64,000 bases of DNA from an uncultured Nitrospiraceae bacterium (GCA_963727775.1 CAVSHB010000003.1:96001-160000); one strand, 5' to 3'; numbered from the stretch's first letter, positions 1 to 10,687 are shown. The notes: generated from the sequence alone by a model not told the origin. Translations and numbers: made by a program.

Positions 1-806
1 ATCTCATGTCGCCGGGAGATGTCATATACTTTCTCCGCCTTCGGCAACACGTCTTTCAGTTCTTTCCTTGCCGCCTCTGCAATTATCCAGCCTTCTATCG
101 TTTTGGGCAGTTCTGCTGTTAATGCCCTCTCTGCCTGGTTGATGCTGCTGCGAAGCAGCTTCAGTTGTTTCTTGAATTCCTCTTCCCGTGCCTCTTTAGC
201 TTTGGTGTTATTGATCTTGTAATGGTTCTTCTTAGCCTGTTTCTTGTAGCTCCGTACCTTGATCTCCACTCCACTGGCCTTCAGTTTTTTCAATAGTCGA
301 TCTATGGTTTTGATGCAGTCCCATATCAATGAGTTGTTTGTCGGATAATGTATATTTGTCTCTATTACGGTCCCGTCGGTCCGTATGCTTTTGCCGTCTT
401 CAAGCCCTTCGCCTATTGCGGTTTTATTGATCGCTACCATCACCTTATCCAGCGCTTCTCCGCTTATCCGGGATATGTATTTCTGATACGCCTCAAAGGA
501 AAACGGCTTCCGGTCGTCAAGTTTGATAAATACCGCGCACATCCTGGAATCATGTTGCGCATGCTCAAGCTCACGATAGGTCAGGTTTTTCATCTCTTTG
601 TATATCGCCGCCCTCACTATCTGTTCCACTGTCGGCATGTCCTGCCTGCCGAGACTGCTGCTTTCTTTGCCCTTGGTTATGTCATCCTTCACTATTTCGT
701 ATATCTCAGGATGCTGGTTCAGTATCGTGTCCATTACAGCCAGTTCCGGATTCAAGGCCCACAGCTCTTTTTCAAATTGCAGTTTCAGTTCCTTCAACAG
801 TTTCAA
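1..806 (-). CDS. IS5/ISNCY-like DDE transposase, 3' end outside the window
   Basis: Not in the ORF track. The minus strand from TTG 806 (after GGAGG) reads MKLLKELKLQF...EQIVRAAIYKEMKNLTYREL...IRTDGTVIETNIHYPTNNSLIWD..., open to the window edge. The D-x-T...ETNIHYPT motif is typical of these transposases. Confidence 0.85.
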   Translation of the reverse strand, partial: MKLLKELKLQFEKELWALNPELAVMDTILNQHPEIYEIVKDDITKGKESSSLGRQDMPTVEQIVRAAIYKEMKNLTYRELEHAQHDSRMCAVFIKLDDRKPFSFEAYQKYISRISGEALDKVMVAINKTAIGEGLEDGKSIRTDGTVIETNIHYPTNNSLIWDCIKTIDRLLKKLKASGVEIKVRSYKKQAKKNHYKINNTKAKEAREEEFKKQLKLLRSSINQAERALTAELPKTIEGWIIAEAARKELKDVLPKAEKVYDISRRHE

Positions 807-890
807 GGCTTCCTCCACGTTTCTTATTTCCTCTGCAATTTTACCATTTCTCTTTTTGTTTCCAGTAGTTATAATTTATAGACAGACTCT
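1..890 (-). mobile_element. Insertion sequence (partial) inserted just downstream of folP
   Basis: Transposase ORF plus a probable terminal sequence AGAGTCTGTCTATAAATTAT (minus, 890-871). The partner end is outside the window, so the boundary is approximate. Confidence 0.65.
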
Positions 891-910
891 ATTTAGTAAC
901 CAACTAACGA

Positions 911-1753
911 TTATATCTTCATCCTCTTAACCGCATCAGCAACCTTTGCAACTCTGACCATTTCTCTAACATCATGAACGCGGATGATATTTGCTCCATT
1001 CATTATGGAAATGGCGATTGCTGCCGCAGTGCCTTCAAGCCTGTCTTCAGGAGGGACACCGCCGAGAATTTTCCCGATGAAGGCCTTTCTTGAAGGACCT
1101 ATCAGGAGAGGTTTCTCTAACATAGTAAATTCATGCAGGTTGTGGATTATCTCAAGGTTGTGCTCAAATGTCTTGCCAAAGCCTATGCCCGGGTCAATGA
1201 CTATCTTATCTTCCTTAATACCTGATTTAATGGCGATGTTTATGCTGCCCTTCAAATAATCCATTATCTCAGGTATTAACGCCCTGTAAACGGGGTTCTT
1301 CTGCATATTTCTTGGGGCGCCTTTTATGTGCATAATTATCACCGGAACTTTATATCGTGAGACGACTGTCGCCATTCCCGGGTCGGCTCTCAACCCGCTG
1401 ATATCGTTTACCATCGCCGCACCCGCATCAAGCGATCTTTTTGCAACTTCGGATTTGTATGTATCAATAGAGATCGGGATTTTGCTTTCTTTTGACAAAG
1501 CCTCGATAACAGGGAGCACACGTCTTAACTCCTTTGCAACCGGGACAGGCTCTGAGCCCGGCCTTGTTGATTCGCCTCCGATGTCGATAATGTCAGCGCC
1601 GTCTTCAATTAGCCGGAGCGCCCTTTTGACGGCCGCGGACCTCCTGAAATATCGTCCGCTGTCGGAAAAGGAATCCGGGGTGACGTTCAGGATTCCCATA
1701 ATATATGTCTTTTTAGAAAAGTCTAAGTTAAAGTTTCCCCATATAAGTTTCAT
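911..1753 (-). CDS. folP: Dihydropteroate synthase
   Basis: MGILNVTPDSFSD, IDIGGESTRPG, IDPGIGFGK and SRK motifs; downstream of ftsH. Confidence 0.97.
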   Translation of the reverse strand: MKLIWGNFNLDFSKKTYIMGILNVTPDSFSDSGRYFRRSAAVKRALRLIEDGADIIDIGGESTRPGSEPVPVAKELRRVLPVIEALSKESKIPISIDTYKSEVAKRSLDAGAAMVNDISGLRADPGMATVVSRYKVPVIIMHIKGAPRNMQKNPVYRALIPEIMDYLKGSINIAIKSGIKEDKIVIDPGIGFGKTFEHNLEIIHNLHEFTMLEKPLLIGPSRKAFIGKILGGVPPEDRLEGTAAAIAISIMNGANIIRVHDVREMVRVAKVADAVKRMKI

Positions 1754-1790
1754 ATTGTGGATATCTGCTTTAATTAAATCTGATCTCCAC

Positions 1791-1870
1791 TATTCAGGAG
1801 ATTGCCGACAGATGCAGTGTTTAAGCGGTTTTAAATTCTTTCGAAGAAAGAATTTACCTCGCGGAGGCCC
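1791..1870. repeat. Structured intergenic repeat family, copy A (partial)
   Basis: TATTCAGGAGATTGCCGACAGATGCAGTGTTTAAGCGGTTTTAAATTCTTTCGAAGAAAGAATTTACCTC.. matches the first half of copy D (52566-52710). Confidence 0.85.
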
Positions 1871-1882
1871 AACACGTGGTTT

Positions 1883-3709
1883 TCAGGTAGCTTGGACCTG
1901 GACAGTCCTCCTTGCCTCCACTCCATGGATAAGCACATCTATCTCCGTCCCGTCCATGGTCTCCTTTTCGAGGAGAGTCTTTGCGAATACTTCGAGCAGG
2001 TCCTGATTTTCCGTAAGAAGATTTCTGGACACATTATATGCATCAATGACGATCCTTTTGACCTCTTCGTCTATATCGACCGCTGTCTTTTCGCTGTAGT
2101 CTTTGTGTCTTGCTATCTCCCTTCCGAGAAATATCTGTTCGTCTTTTTTCCCGAAGGTAAGGGGTCCGAGCTTCTCCGACATCCCCCATTCGGTGACCAT
2201 TTTTCTTGCGAGGTCTGTTGCACGCTCGAGGTCATTGCCGGCGCCTGTAGTCATGTGACGTAAGATAATAAGCTCTGCAGCTCTACCGCCGAGAAGGACC
2301 GATAAAGCCTTCATAAGGTAGTCTTTAGAATATGTATATCTGTCATCTATGGGAAGCTGTTGTGTAACACCCAGCGCCCTACCTCTCGGAATGATGCTCA
2401 CTTTATGCACAGGGTCAGTACCGGGAGTCAATTTTGCTACCAGAGCATGGCCTGCCTCATGATACGCTGTATTTTTCTTTTCTTCATCACTGATTATCAT
2501 GCTTTTTCTTTCCACACCCATGAGGACCTTGTCCTTTGCCGCCTCAAAGTCGGACCTTTCCACCTTGCTTTTCCCAGTTCTTGCGGCAAGCAGAGCGGCC
2601 TCGTTCGCAAGGTTTTCGAGGTCGGCCCCGGAAAAACCAGGGGTCCCGCGCGCAATTTCCTCAAGACTTATATTGTCATCAACAGGAATGTTTCTCGTAT
2701 GGACCTTCAGGATCTCAAGCCTTCCCTTCACATCAGGTTGCGGCACAATCACCTGCCTGTCGAATCTACCCGGCCTTAACAATGCGGGATCGAGGACATC
2801 CGGCCTGTTTGTGGCAGCGATGATAATGACTCCCTGATTGGCCTCGAAGCCGTCCATCTCGACAAGGAGCTGGTTTAAGGTCTGTTCACGTTCATCGTGC
2901 CCGCCTCCAAGCCCCGCTCCCCTATGACGGCCTACAGCGTCTATCTCATCAATAAAAATAATACACGGAGCACTTTTTTTTGCCTGCTCAAAGAGGTCTC
3001 TGACCCGCGAGGCGCCGACGCCGACAAACATTTCTACAAAATCAGAGCCTGATATCGAAAAGAAAGGAACCCCGGCTTCACCCGCGATAGCACGGGCAAG
3101 AAGTGTTTTTCCGGTGCCGGGCGCGCCGACCAGGAGCACGCCTTTCGGTATCTTTCCGCCGAGCTTCTGGAACTTCTGAGGGTCCTTGAGAAAATCGATT
3201 ATCTCCTGCACCTCTGCCTTTGCCTCTTCTATTCCAGCGACATCGGCAAACGTTATTTTGACCGCTTTTTCAGAGACCATTTTCGCCTTTGCCTTACCAA
3301 AAGACAATGCCTTATTTCCGCCTGTCTGCATCTGGCGCATAAACAAAATCCATAGAACGATGAGCAAGAGTATTGGACCATATGAAAAAAACAGACTCCA
3401 GTACCAGGGATTCTGCTCTTCGGGCTTAACAGTAATCTTGACCTTCTCGTCCCGTAAGGTTGTTACCAGGTCAGGATAATCAGCAGCATATGTCTTGAAC
3501 TTCTTGCCGTCTTTCAACTGGCCTGTAATGACACTCCCTTTAATCGTAACCTCTTCAAGCTCACCGGCATCGAGCTTTGTCATGAATTCAGAAAAAATCA
3601 TCTCCTGCTCCGCTTTCCTTGGTGTATTGAAAAGATTAAAGAGGAGTATCATCATAACTCCGATTAATAACCAGACAAACAGACTTCTATATGCGTTCAA
3701 TTTATTCAC
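1883..3709 (-). CDS. ftsH: ATP-dependent zinc metalloprotease FtsH
   Basis: Two TM segments, Walker A GAPGTGKT, Walker B IFIDEID, SRH, HEAGH zinc motif. Confidence 0.98.
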   Translation of the reverse strand: MNKLNAYRSLFVWLLIGVMMILLFNLFNTPRKAEQEMIFSEFMTKLDAGELEEVTIKGSVITGQLKDGKKFKTYAADYPDLVTTLRDEKVKITVKPEEQNPWYWSLFFSYGPILLLIVLWILFMRQMQTGGNKALSFGKAKAKMVSEKAVKITFADVAGIEEAKAEVQEIIDFLKDPQKFQKLGGKIPKGVLLVGAPGTGKTLLARAIAGEAGVPFFSISGSDFVEMFVGVGASRVRDLFEQAKKSAPCIIFIDEIDAVGRHRGAGLGGGHDEREQTLNQLLVEMDGFEANQGVIIIAATNRPDVLDPALLRPGRFDRQVIVPQPDVKGRLEILKVHTRNIPVDDNISLEEIARGTPGFSGADLENLANEAALLAARTGKSKVERSDFEAAKDKVLMGVERKSMIISDEEKKNTAYHEAGHALVAKLTPGTDPVHKVSIIPRGRALGVTQQLPIDDRYTYSKDYLMKALSVLLGGRAAELIILRHMTTGAGNDLERATDLARKMVTEWGMSEKLGPLTFGKKDEQIFLGREIARHKDYSEKTAVDIDEEVKRIVIDAYNVSRNLLTENQDLLEVFAKTLLEKETMDGTEIDVLIHGVEARRTVQVQAT

Positions 3710-3829
3710 TCTTAAAAAACCATCCTAATTCATGTATTTAATCAGCCATCCATATCTTGGACATGCGGACAGATGGATTAAGCAAAATGCTTAAGTATTA
3801 ATTATTTTAGCATATTCAGCAGAGGCTTT

Positions 3830-4562
3830 TTAGAAATGAGACTTATCTCCTTCGATTACCTTCTTCTGGATATCGATCAGCTGATGTATTCCTTCCTCTG
3901 CGAGTTTAAGAATATGGTCAAGCGAAGTCTTTGAAAAGGGTATCCCCTCGGCAGTCCCCTGTACCTCAACAAATTTTCCGCTCCCGGTCATTACAATATT
4001 CATATCAACTTCCGCAGCGGAATCTTCCGAATAACACAAGTCTATCTTCGGTTCCCCGTTTACGACCCCGACACTTATTGCGGCAAGGTAGTCCTTCAAC
4101 GGCATCTTTTCAATAAGACCGTTCCTTAATGCATATTGCAATGCGTCTGAAAGGCATATAAAGGAACCTGTTATCGATGCCGTCCTCGTTCCCCCGTCCG
4201 CCTGAAGCACGTCGCAGTCTATCCATATCGTCCTCTCACCCAATCCGGAGAGGTCAACAACAGATTCTGAGAGCCCTGCCGATAAGCCTTTGTATCTCAT
4301 GCGTCCTGCCGCTTATTCTGCCGGAGCTCGATTCCCTGAAAGTCCTCGTGTGGGTCGCTCTCGGGAGCATGGAATACTCAGCGGTTATCCACCCTTTTTT
4401 CTGGTCTTTGAGGAAATGAGGCACCTTTTCCTCAATTGAAGCAGTGCATATCACTCGCGTATTTCCCATGGAAATCAGCACCGAGCCTTCTGCCGTCCCC
4501 AGAAAATTCCTCTGGATTTTTACTGTGCGTATCTGGTTGTTTTTTCTGCCGTCAGGTCTCAT
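3830..4562 (-). pseudogene. rph: Ribonuclease PH, split by a +1 frameshift near 4265 (true mutation or sequencing error)
   Basis: N-half MRPDGRK...[14 protein letters not shown]...[14 protein letters not shown] and C-half SVVDL...[18 protein letters not shown] are in different frames. GCT CTC AGA ATCT GTT GTT GAC has one extra A relative to ALRSVVD. Confidence 0.9.
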
Positions 4563-5378
4563 CTATCCTCCTACCACAATTTTTTCAATATGTTTTATCT
4601 TTTGCCCGAGAAAATTCTCTCCAACCTTCAAAAACCTCTCTGGAGAATCGGTCACATAAAACTCCCTTTTTGCTGCCCCCTTGTCCTTCTTGTCCATGCC
4701 GAGAGTCGCGAGGATTGTCTTAATCTCGAACGATGTTTCAACAGCCGAATCTATGAGTTTGACACCATCACCCATAACCCGGGCAATAACCCCTTTCAAC
4801 AGCGGATAGTGAGTGCATCCAAGTACGATGGTGTCGATGCCCTTATATTTTATCCGCTCAAGATATTGTTTGGCGACCATGACGGCAATGTCTCCTTCCG
4901 TCCACCCCTCCTCGACCAATGGAACAAATAAAGGACACGCAAGGCCGAATACCTCCACGCCTCCGTCAATAGCCTTAATCGTCTTTGTATAAGAATTGCT
5001 TTTTACCGTCGCCTCGGTCCCGATGATGCCGACCTTCTTGTTTTTTGTAGCCTTAACAGCCGCCTTTGCCCCAGGTTCAATCACTCCGACGACAGGAATA
5101 GAAACAATGTCTTTAATCGCTTCGAGACTTACGGACGATGCCGTATTACAGGCCACTACAAGGAGCTTAATATCCTTTGAGGAAAGGAATATTGTATTTT
5201 CGAATGAATACCTAATAACTGTTTCCGGTGATCTTATCCCGTAAGGCACACGCGCAGTGTCTCCCAGATAAATTGTGTTTTCATCAGGCAGTTCCCTGAT
5301 TATTTCCTTTAAGACAGTCAACCCGCCTATTCCCGAGTCGAAGATGCCGATCGGCCTGTTCTTCTTATTGATATTCAT
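4563..5378 (-). CDS. murI: Glutamate racemase
   Basis: IGIFDSGIGGLTV, VACNTAS and LGCTHYP motifs. Confidence 0.97.
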   Translation of the reverse strand: MNINKKNRPIGIFDSGIGGLTVLKEIIRELPDENTIYLGDTARVPYGIRSPETVIRYSFENTIFLSSKDIKLLVVACNTASSVSLEAIKDIVSIPVVGVIEPGAKAAVKATKNKKVGIIGTEATVKSNSYTKTIKAIDGGVEVFGLACPLFVPLVEEGWTEGDIAVMVAKQYLERIKYKGIDTIVLGCTHYPLLKGVIARVMGDGVKLIDSAVETSFEIKTILATLGMDKKDKGAAKREFYVTDSPERFLKVGENFLGQKIKHIEKIVVGG

Positions 5379-5934
5379 ATGAAACCGTATCCTTTAAAGG
5401 ATATAAGAGATAAAGGTGGCCCCCGAGCGTCTCCACCTCCTTGCCCTCGATTAGGACTTTTACATCCTGGACATCTTCTACATTGGAAACAAGACTTTCG
5501 TAGAGACCTTTCAGAAGCAGGAATTCGGCAAACACATCCCCCTGAAAATTCCTCCTGAATTCATCGGACAAATCTACATAAAGTATCCTGTCTGCACCTT
5601 TATACAGACCGATAAGTTTTGTGTCCCTCGGTATATAAGACGTTGCCGCGCCTGCGGGGCCTTTCAGATATTCTTCCACTGTAGCCTCTGCAATCGCCGT
5701 CTGCGCGTTTTTCCTCGAAATCTGTCTCTCCTCGATCTTCAGTTGATTCCCCATCGGGTAATAAATACGGAGGGAAAACATATCTTCCGTCCTGGATGAT
5801 GTGCCGGCTGCTCCCTCTATAATAGATGAATTTTCTCTGGGTATTACCTTTGAGAAATAGATATACCCGCCGGCGACACCGGCCAAAAACAGTATTACCA
5901 GCAATAATATCCCAACTGTCTTTTTATTGTCCAT
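5365..5934 (-). CDS. GerMN-domain membrane-anchored protein
   Basis: N-terminal TM, YLKGP..IP..TKL, YVDLS, VKVLIEGKEVETLGGH; conserved amidase-GerMN-murI-rph context. Confidence 0.85.
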   Translation of the reverse strand: MDNKKTVGILLLVILFLAGVAGGYIYFSKVIPRENSSIIEGAAGTSSRTEDMFSLRIYYPMGNQLKIEERQISRKNAQTAIAEATVEEYLKGPAGAATSYIPRDTKLIGLYKGADRILYVDLSDEFRRNFQGDVFAEFLLLKGLYESLVSNVEDVQDVKVLIEGKEVETLGGHLYLLYPLKDTVSYEYQ

Positions 5935-6910
5935 ATGCTGCGATCCCGTTCACAATTGAGTTTATCAGCCTCGTTTTCATCTGCTGGTCATATGCAACAA
6001 ATGCCGGCGATGGGCATTCGATCAAGACAGACGGTGCGCCGGCGGAACGGAGGATCGGCAGAGGCATTTCCCTCTGAACAACTTCTCCCTTAAATTCGTC
6101 TTTCAAGGCCTTTCCTATGCTCCCTGACAATAACCTGCTTTTCTCTATGAATTTTTTCTGTTTCGCGGAAAGACTATAAGTGTCCGCCGTTTCGTTTAGT
6201 CCCTGCTCATCAAGCCTGGGGCTGTAAATCACAAAATTTCTTGATAGTGAAAAATGCAAACTTATAAATACGTCAGGATTTTTCTGGTTAACAAAGTTAA
6301 TCCTCTCGGACAAAGGGACATACTGATCAGCTTTGCGCACCAAAAAAACTTTTTTGCCTTTTTTTGTGAGAAGCGCGTTTAAGTCTTTCGCCAAATCGAG
6401 ACCCATGTCCTTCTCGCTTGCGGTTTCAAATCTTATACCGAAATCATATCCTCCATGCCCCGCGTCTATGACAAATGATTTGGAGATAACCTGTGCCGCT
6501 TGTTTCACCGGGTGCGGTTCGGCTTGCTTCAAAGCCTGTTTGTCCGCCTTTGGTTCTTTTTGCGATGTATAAAAATCGAATACGAGCCGAGCCGGAGAAG
6601 AAAGTCTGAAGAATTTTATTTCTCCTTTTTCTTTGACATTGATTGATAAAGTTTTGTCAACCGGCGTTAATTCAAAGGGAACCTCCTTCGGTGAGGTGAG
6701 ATTAAACAACTCCGGAAAATCAATTTTGATCTGGGATGGGGAAGTAGTCACTTTCGCACTGTTAATAAAAGCATCTTCCGCCTCAAATACAATGCGCACA
6801 GTGCCTTCCTGTTTACTGAATTTGAGAAGAAGGTCGGTCTTTTTCTGAGCATGAAGGGGAATTGCGATAAACAGAAATATACACAAAAAAATAATGAATA
6901 TTCTTTTCAA
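5924..6910 (-). CDS. N-acetylmuramoyl-L-alanine amidase (AMIN + Amidase_3)
   Basis: Signal peptide, PARLVFD (AMIN), IDAGHGG, EKD, LSERI, FISLH, PSVLIE. Confidence 0.88.
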   Translation of the reverse strand: MKRIFIIFLCIFLFIAIPLHAQKKTDLLLKFSKQEGTVRIVFEAEDAFINSAKVTTSPSQIKIDFPELFNLTSPKEVPFELTPVDKTLSINVKEKGEIKFFRLSSPARLVFDFYTSQKEPKADKQALKQAEPHPVKQAAQVISKSFVIDAGHGGYDFGIRFETASEKDMGLDLAKDLNALLTKKGKKVFLVRKADQYVPLSERINFVNQKNPDVFISLHFSLSRNFVIYSPRLDEQGLNETADTYSLSAKQKKFIEKSRLLSGSIGKALKDEFKGEVVQREMPLPILRSAGAPSVLIECPSPAFVAYDQQMKTRLINSIVNGIAAYGQ

Positions 6911-7015
6911 GTAAAAAGCTTTCTCCTTCTTTATAGATCTAAAATAAAAGCAGATATTGTGAATTCAGATGCCTCGTGATTGATCACTTAGTGTCTTTTC
7001 ATCAGCTTTATAATT

Positions 7016-7044
7016 TGGTGGAGGCGGCGGGATATTGAACCCGC
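7016..7044 (-). other. tmRNA (ssrA) 3'-end fragment; att-site scar at the left island boundary
   Basis: Minus strand GCGGGTTCAATATCCCGCCGCCTCCACCA is a T-arm plus Ala-identity acceptor 3' strand and CCA, with a 1-nt insertion in the T-loop. No 5' part is adjacent. Confidence 0.75.
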
Positions 7045-7155
7045 TTTTCCTCTTGATATAAGCTATTTTACCTCTTGTAGCATAACGAAAGCAAAACCAA
7101 CCTCGGGGGAGCAGATAGTATTCGCATCACTTTGGATGATTATAAAGGAGGAATT

Positions 7156-7311
7156 ATGGCAATAAGAAAGGACGGACAGCTTACCCCAAAAGAACAGCTT
7201 TTTGTATCTGAGTACCTTAAAGATTTCAATGCTACGCAGGCGGAGATTCGCGCAAGGTTACCACTTTGTCAAATAACTGCGAATTGCGTTTTAGAATTAC
7301 TGCCAATATAG
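7156..7311 (+). pseudogene. Phage terminase small subunit, N-terminal fragment
   Basis: Strong RBS AAGGAGG; MAIRKDGQLTPKEQLFVSEYLKDFNATQAEIRA matches the TerS LTxKQxxFVxEYLxDxNATQAAIRAGY pattern, then loses similarity and stops. Confidence 0.8.
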
Positions 7312-7414
7312 AGAGATTTCCGACAAAATCTAATAAAATCTGATATATTTACAAAAGGTACAGAGCTATGAATCTAAATTGCTTTAAATCTGACGACAAA
7401 AGGAGCGTTCAAAA

Positions 7415-8179
7415 GTGAGCATAGGTTCGAACAACGAGACTGCTGAGAAGAAGAAAGAAAGCCAATCCTCTATTTGTCCTAAATGTACCAAGCCTACCGA
7501 AGTCTTCTACAAGAAAAGAGGGTTCTGGAAAGTCTTTGATCCCCAGGTAATATGTAGTTCCTGTAAGAATGATATTTCAAAAGAATTTTCCCTGTCTGTC
7601 GCAACTCCAAAAAAGAATAAAACTCTCACTATAGCCCTTAAAAAGGCAATCCGAGAGCAAAAAATTAAAAAAGCTATCTTTGTCGATGGGAAAACCAAGA
7701 CTGAAGCCTGTAGATTGGCCGGTTATGCTGAGTCAACAGCAAGATCGAAATCGGCAGATATCGTAAGCGATATAGTTGAAAAAAGTGGTGGAATTGAGCA
7801 AATTCTGAATTATTTGGGCGTTTCTAAGGAAAGATTGGTTCGAAAGATCGATGAAGGACTCGATGCGACGAAGGTTATCTCCGCAAATGTGATTATTGGT
7901 AACGAAGGCGATCCTGCGGACGAAAGAGACGGTATGAAAGAAGCGAATGGAGTTACGAAGGATTTCATCGATGTTCCAGATTTCATGGCTCGACACAAAT
8001 ATGTCGAGACTGGGCTGAAACTTCATGGCCTTTTGCAGACCAATGTTAAGGTCGATGGCGACCTTATGCTCGAAACTTACGAAGCCAGGCGTAAACGCTT
8101 GGGCCTCGACGATATGCCGGCGGAAGAAGTATTAAGGAGGCTTAAAGAACAGAAAAGGTTGTTGGAGGAGGCGAAGTGA
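7415..8179 (+). CDS. Phage protein, terminase small subunit-like (HTH) with N-terminal CxxC..CxxC
   Basis: KTEACRLAGYAESTARSKS HTH, VPDFMARHKYVETGLKL; next to the TerS fragment and tmRNA att. Confidence 0.6.
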   Translation: MSIGSNNETAEKKKESQSSICPKCTKPTEVFYKKRGFWKVFDPQVICSSCKNDISKEFSLSVATPKKNKTLTIALKKAIREQKIKKAIFVDGKTKTEACRLAGYAESTARSKSADIVSDIVEKSGGIEQILNYLGVSKERLVRKIDEGLDATKVISANVIIGNEGDPADERDGMKEANGVTKDFIDVPDFMARHKYVETGLKLHGLLQTNVKVDGDLMLETYEARRKRLGLDDMPAEEVLRRLKEQKRLLEEAK

Positions 8180-8407
8180 GAGCAATTGAAGTTCTCTTAA
8201 TCGGTGGATCATCAGACGGACAGATGCGGAAGATGGATCCGTAATTGGAAAGGTTGTGCATGTGAAGTGTACGGTGTTCTAATCCTACCTTCCAAGCTGC
8301 GGTGATGAGACCTTCCAACAGAAATACGGAGAGTCAGGTCCTGTAATCAACGCCTATGCTATACTTGAAAAAATGTGGAGTACAAAGGAAAATGAATAGG
8401 AGAATAT

Positions 8408-8815
8408 ATGAAAGTCGTAGTCCATGCAACAGTCTTAATAGTAGTCTTGATAGCTTCTCAAGGTTTTACAGCGGATATCTGTTCTTTAGGCAGAGAAACT
8501 TTTCTTCTGCCGGATTCCGGACGGGAGGAATTTTATAAGAATAGAATCGACGGCAAAATTTTAGAAGGAACGGGTTCCGTTGTGACCGTCTGGCAACATG
8601 GATCTAATAAGAATTATGCAGTGTCAATTGATTGTGGTAATGATATCGTTGTTAACGTAGCTATTGCAGTTGACGCCAAGAATCTGAAGGCGGGTCAGCA
8701 GGTCCATTTTAAAGGAACTTGTGTTTCTTACGGTAGTAGACGCTATATATATTCCCAAAAAACATATATGGTTTTTGAACTGGAAAGAGGCTCTATCGAG
8801 GTCAACGAATCATAA
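8408..8815 (+). CDS. Exported hypothetical protein (possible OB-fold)
   Basis: RBS AGGAG, signal peptide, beta-rich pattern LKAGQQVHFKG. Confidence 0.6.
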   Translation: MKVVVHATVLIVVLIASQGFTADICSLGRETFLLPDSGREEFYKNRIDGKILEGTGSVVTVWQHGSNKNYAVSIDCGNDIVVNVAIAVDAKNLKAGQQVHFKGTCVSYGSRRYIYSQKTYMVFELERGSIEVNES

Positions 8816-9303
8816 ATAATTAAAATCTCAAATGGTACAAAAATTGTCCCAGACGTTGGTACAAGTCTAAATAACCATATTGCAGCAATAATCATCAATT
8901 TTTTTGTCCATCAAAAAATAAAGGGACTATTTCAGACAGACGTGGTAAACGACGATGTCTTCCTCCTACCACACACCTCAGATTCGCCATAATTCTGCAG
9001 AATACAACGGGGAATCAGGCCTGTTATGAATTCTCTAATGAAGACAGTTCTTGCAATTCTCTTTATAAGCGATCTGCTTTCCCCACTATGGCTCGTAGTT
9101 TTAATGATTACTCTCAAGAAGAACGGAGTCAGGACGTGGAAAGCGTAGGATATATCTTCCTTTCTCTGCCTTGCCCAAGCATACCTGGTGGCTAAAATAG
9201 TCGGTGTAACTTTTTGATTGTTTTCAATGTCTATTATAGAATATAAGAAAGATATCAATAATTGGAGGCGGAACAAGAAACCTCCACAAAAAAGGAGAGA
9301 GAA

Positions 9304-9756
9304 ATGAAAAATACCGTTTGTCTTGTCCTTGTTATTTTAATGCTTCTCTGCGCAAGTACCATACCTGGGTATGCAGCTGAGGGGGGTGGATCGCATGGTG
9401 GAGGTGGATATCATGGCGGAGGTACCTCGCATGGTGGAGGCGGATATTATGGTGGACGTGGATATTATGGCCGCGGTCGCTTTGGTGCAGATATCTGGAT
9501 CGGACCAGGATGGGGATGGTGGGATCCGTGGTGGGGTGCTCCTTATTATCCTTATTATTATCCATACTATCCGGAAACACCCGCTTACCAGCAGCAGCCT
9601 CAGACTTATATCCAACCGGTGCCGCAGCAGGAAGAGCAGCCCTATTATTGGTATTTCTGCCGGAAGCCGGAAGGATACTATCCCTATGTAAAACGCTGCC
9701 CAGGCGGTTGGCTGAAGGTTGTTCCTCCGTCGGGGCCGCCAAACGAGGAGGAGTGA
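9304..9756 (+). CDS. Secreted Gly/His- and Tyr/Pro-rich protein
   Basis: RBS AAGGAG before ATG 9304; signal peptide; GGGxHGG repeats; C-terminal YWYFC..PEGYYPYVKRCPGGWLKVVP. Confidence 0.8.
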   Translation: MKNTVCLVLVILMLLCASTIPGYAAEGGGSHGGGGYHGGGTSHGGGGYYGGRGYYGRGRFGADIWIGPGWGWWDPWWGAPYYPYYYPYYPETPAYQQQPQTYIQPVPQQEEQPYYWYFCRKPEGYYPYVKRCPGGWLKVVPPSGPPNEEE

Positions 9757-9760
9757 CAAA

Positions 9761-10660
9761 ATGATAAACCACAGGCTAAGCATCTTTTCGTTTCTTGTTG
9801 CATCACTCATACTGGCGGGATGCGCGACGCTTCCCAAGGGTCCGAGCGTCATGGTATTGCCGGGCAGTGGCAAGTCCTTTGAGCAATTCCAAGCCGACGA
9901 CGCCGTCTGCAGACAATGGGCCGCCCAGCAAATCGGGACCGCGCCTCAGGAGGCGGCCAACCAGAGTACCGCCAAAAGCGCGGTCGCTGGTACAGTCATC
10001 GGAGCAGGTCTTGGAGCGGCGATTGGCTCAGCTTCAGGTGCTGCGGGTACAGGCGCGGCAATAGGTGCCGCGAGCGGACTCCTTCTCGGATCGGCGGCAG
10101 GCACCAGTGCAGGTTATGCTTCTGGATACGAAGCACAGCGTCGCTACGACATAGCATATCAACAGTGTATGTATGCCAAAGGCAATGTCACCCCGGGAGT
10201 TGTGACGCGGACTCCACGCCGGAGGTATCCGCCTCCGCCACCGCCACTTCCGCTGGCTTACAACTACGCGCCACCAACGCCGCCTGCAGCAAAAGTCATC
10301 GACCGTCTGACAGTCCATGTCAACTTTGATTTTGACAAGTCAAACATAAGAAAGGCCGATGAAGCTGAACTAAAGAAGGCCATTCACTTTGTCAGGAAAT
10401 ACCCTGGCACCAAGATAAAAGTGGAAGGATATACTGACAGTAAGGGAACCAAAGAATACAATCAGAAACTTTCAGAAAGAAGGGCGGAAGCAGTAAGGCA
10501 GTACCTCATTAAAGAAGGTCCTGTTGAAAAAGCAATGATTTCGGCCAAGGGCTACGGTGAGTCAAGACACATTGCGCCAAACAAGAGACCAGATGGAAAA
10601 GATAATCCTGAAGGAAGGGCTGAAAACAGGAGAGTAGAAATTCTTATCATATCTGACTGA
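9761..10660 (+). CDS. Lipoprotein: glycine zipper, Pro linker and OmpA-like peptidoglycan-binding domain
   Basis: LAGC lipobox, GAxxGAxxG zipper, VNFDFDKS, NQKLSERRAEAV, GRAENRRVEI. Confidence 0.9.
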   Translation: MINHRLSIFSFLVASLILAGCATLPKGPSVMVLPGSGKSFEQFQADDAVCRQWAAQQIGTAPQEAANQSTAKSAVAGTVIGAGLGAAIGSASGAAGTGAAIGAASGLLLGSAAGTSAGYASGYEAQRRYDIAYQQCMYAKGNVTPGVVTRTPRRRYPPPPPPLPLAYNYAPPTPPAAKVIDRLTVHVNFDFDKSNIRKADEAELKKAIHFVRKYPGTKIKVEGYTDSKGTKEYNQKLSERRAEAVRQYLIKEGPVEKAMISAKGYGESRHIAPNKRPDGKDNPEGRAENRRVEILIISD

Positions 10661-10687
10661 GTTCGTCTGTTCGAGAATGACTTGTTT

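Noticed and set aside
348..930. Plus-strand ORFs of 177 and 110 aa
   Set aside because: Antisense to the minus-strand transposase, which has recognisable motifs and an RBS
4254..4300. Programmed ribosomal frameshift in rph
   Set aside because: No slippery heptamer or evident stimulatory structure; a single inserted base explains it
9332..10329. Multiple overlapping ORFs on both strands
   Set aside because: GC-rich low-complexity shadows of the two plus-strand exported-protein genes
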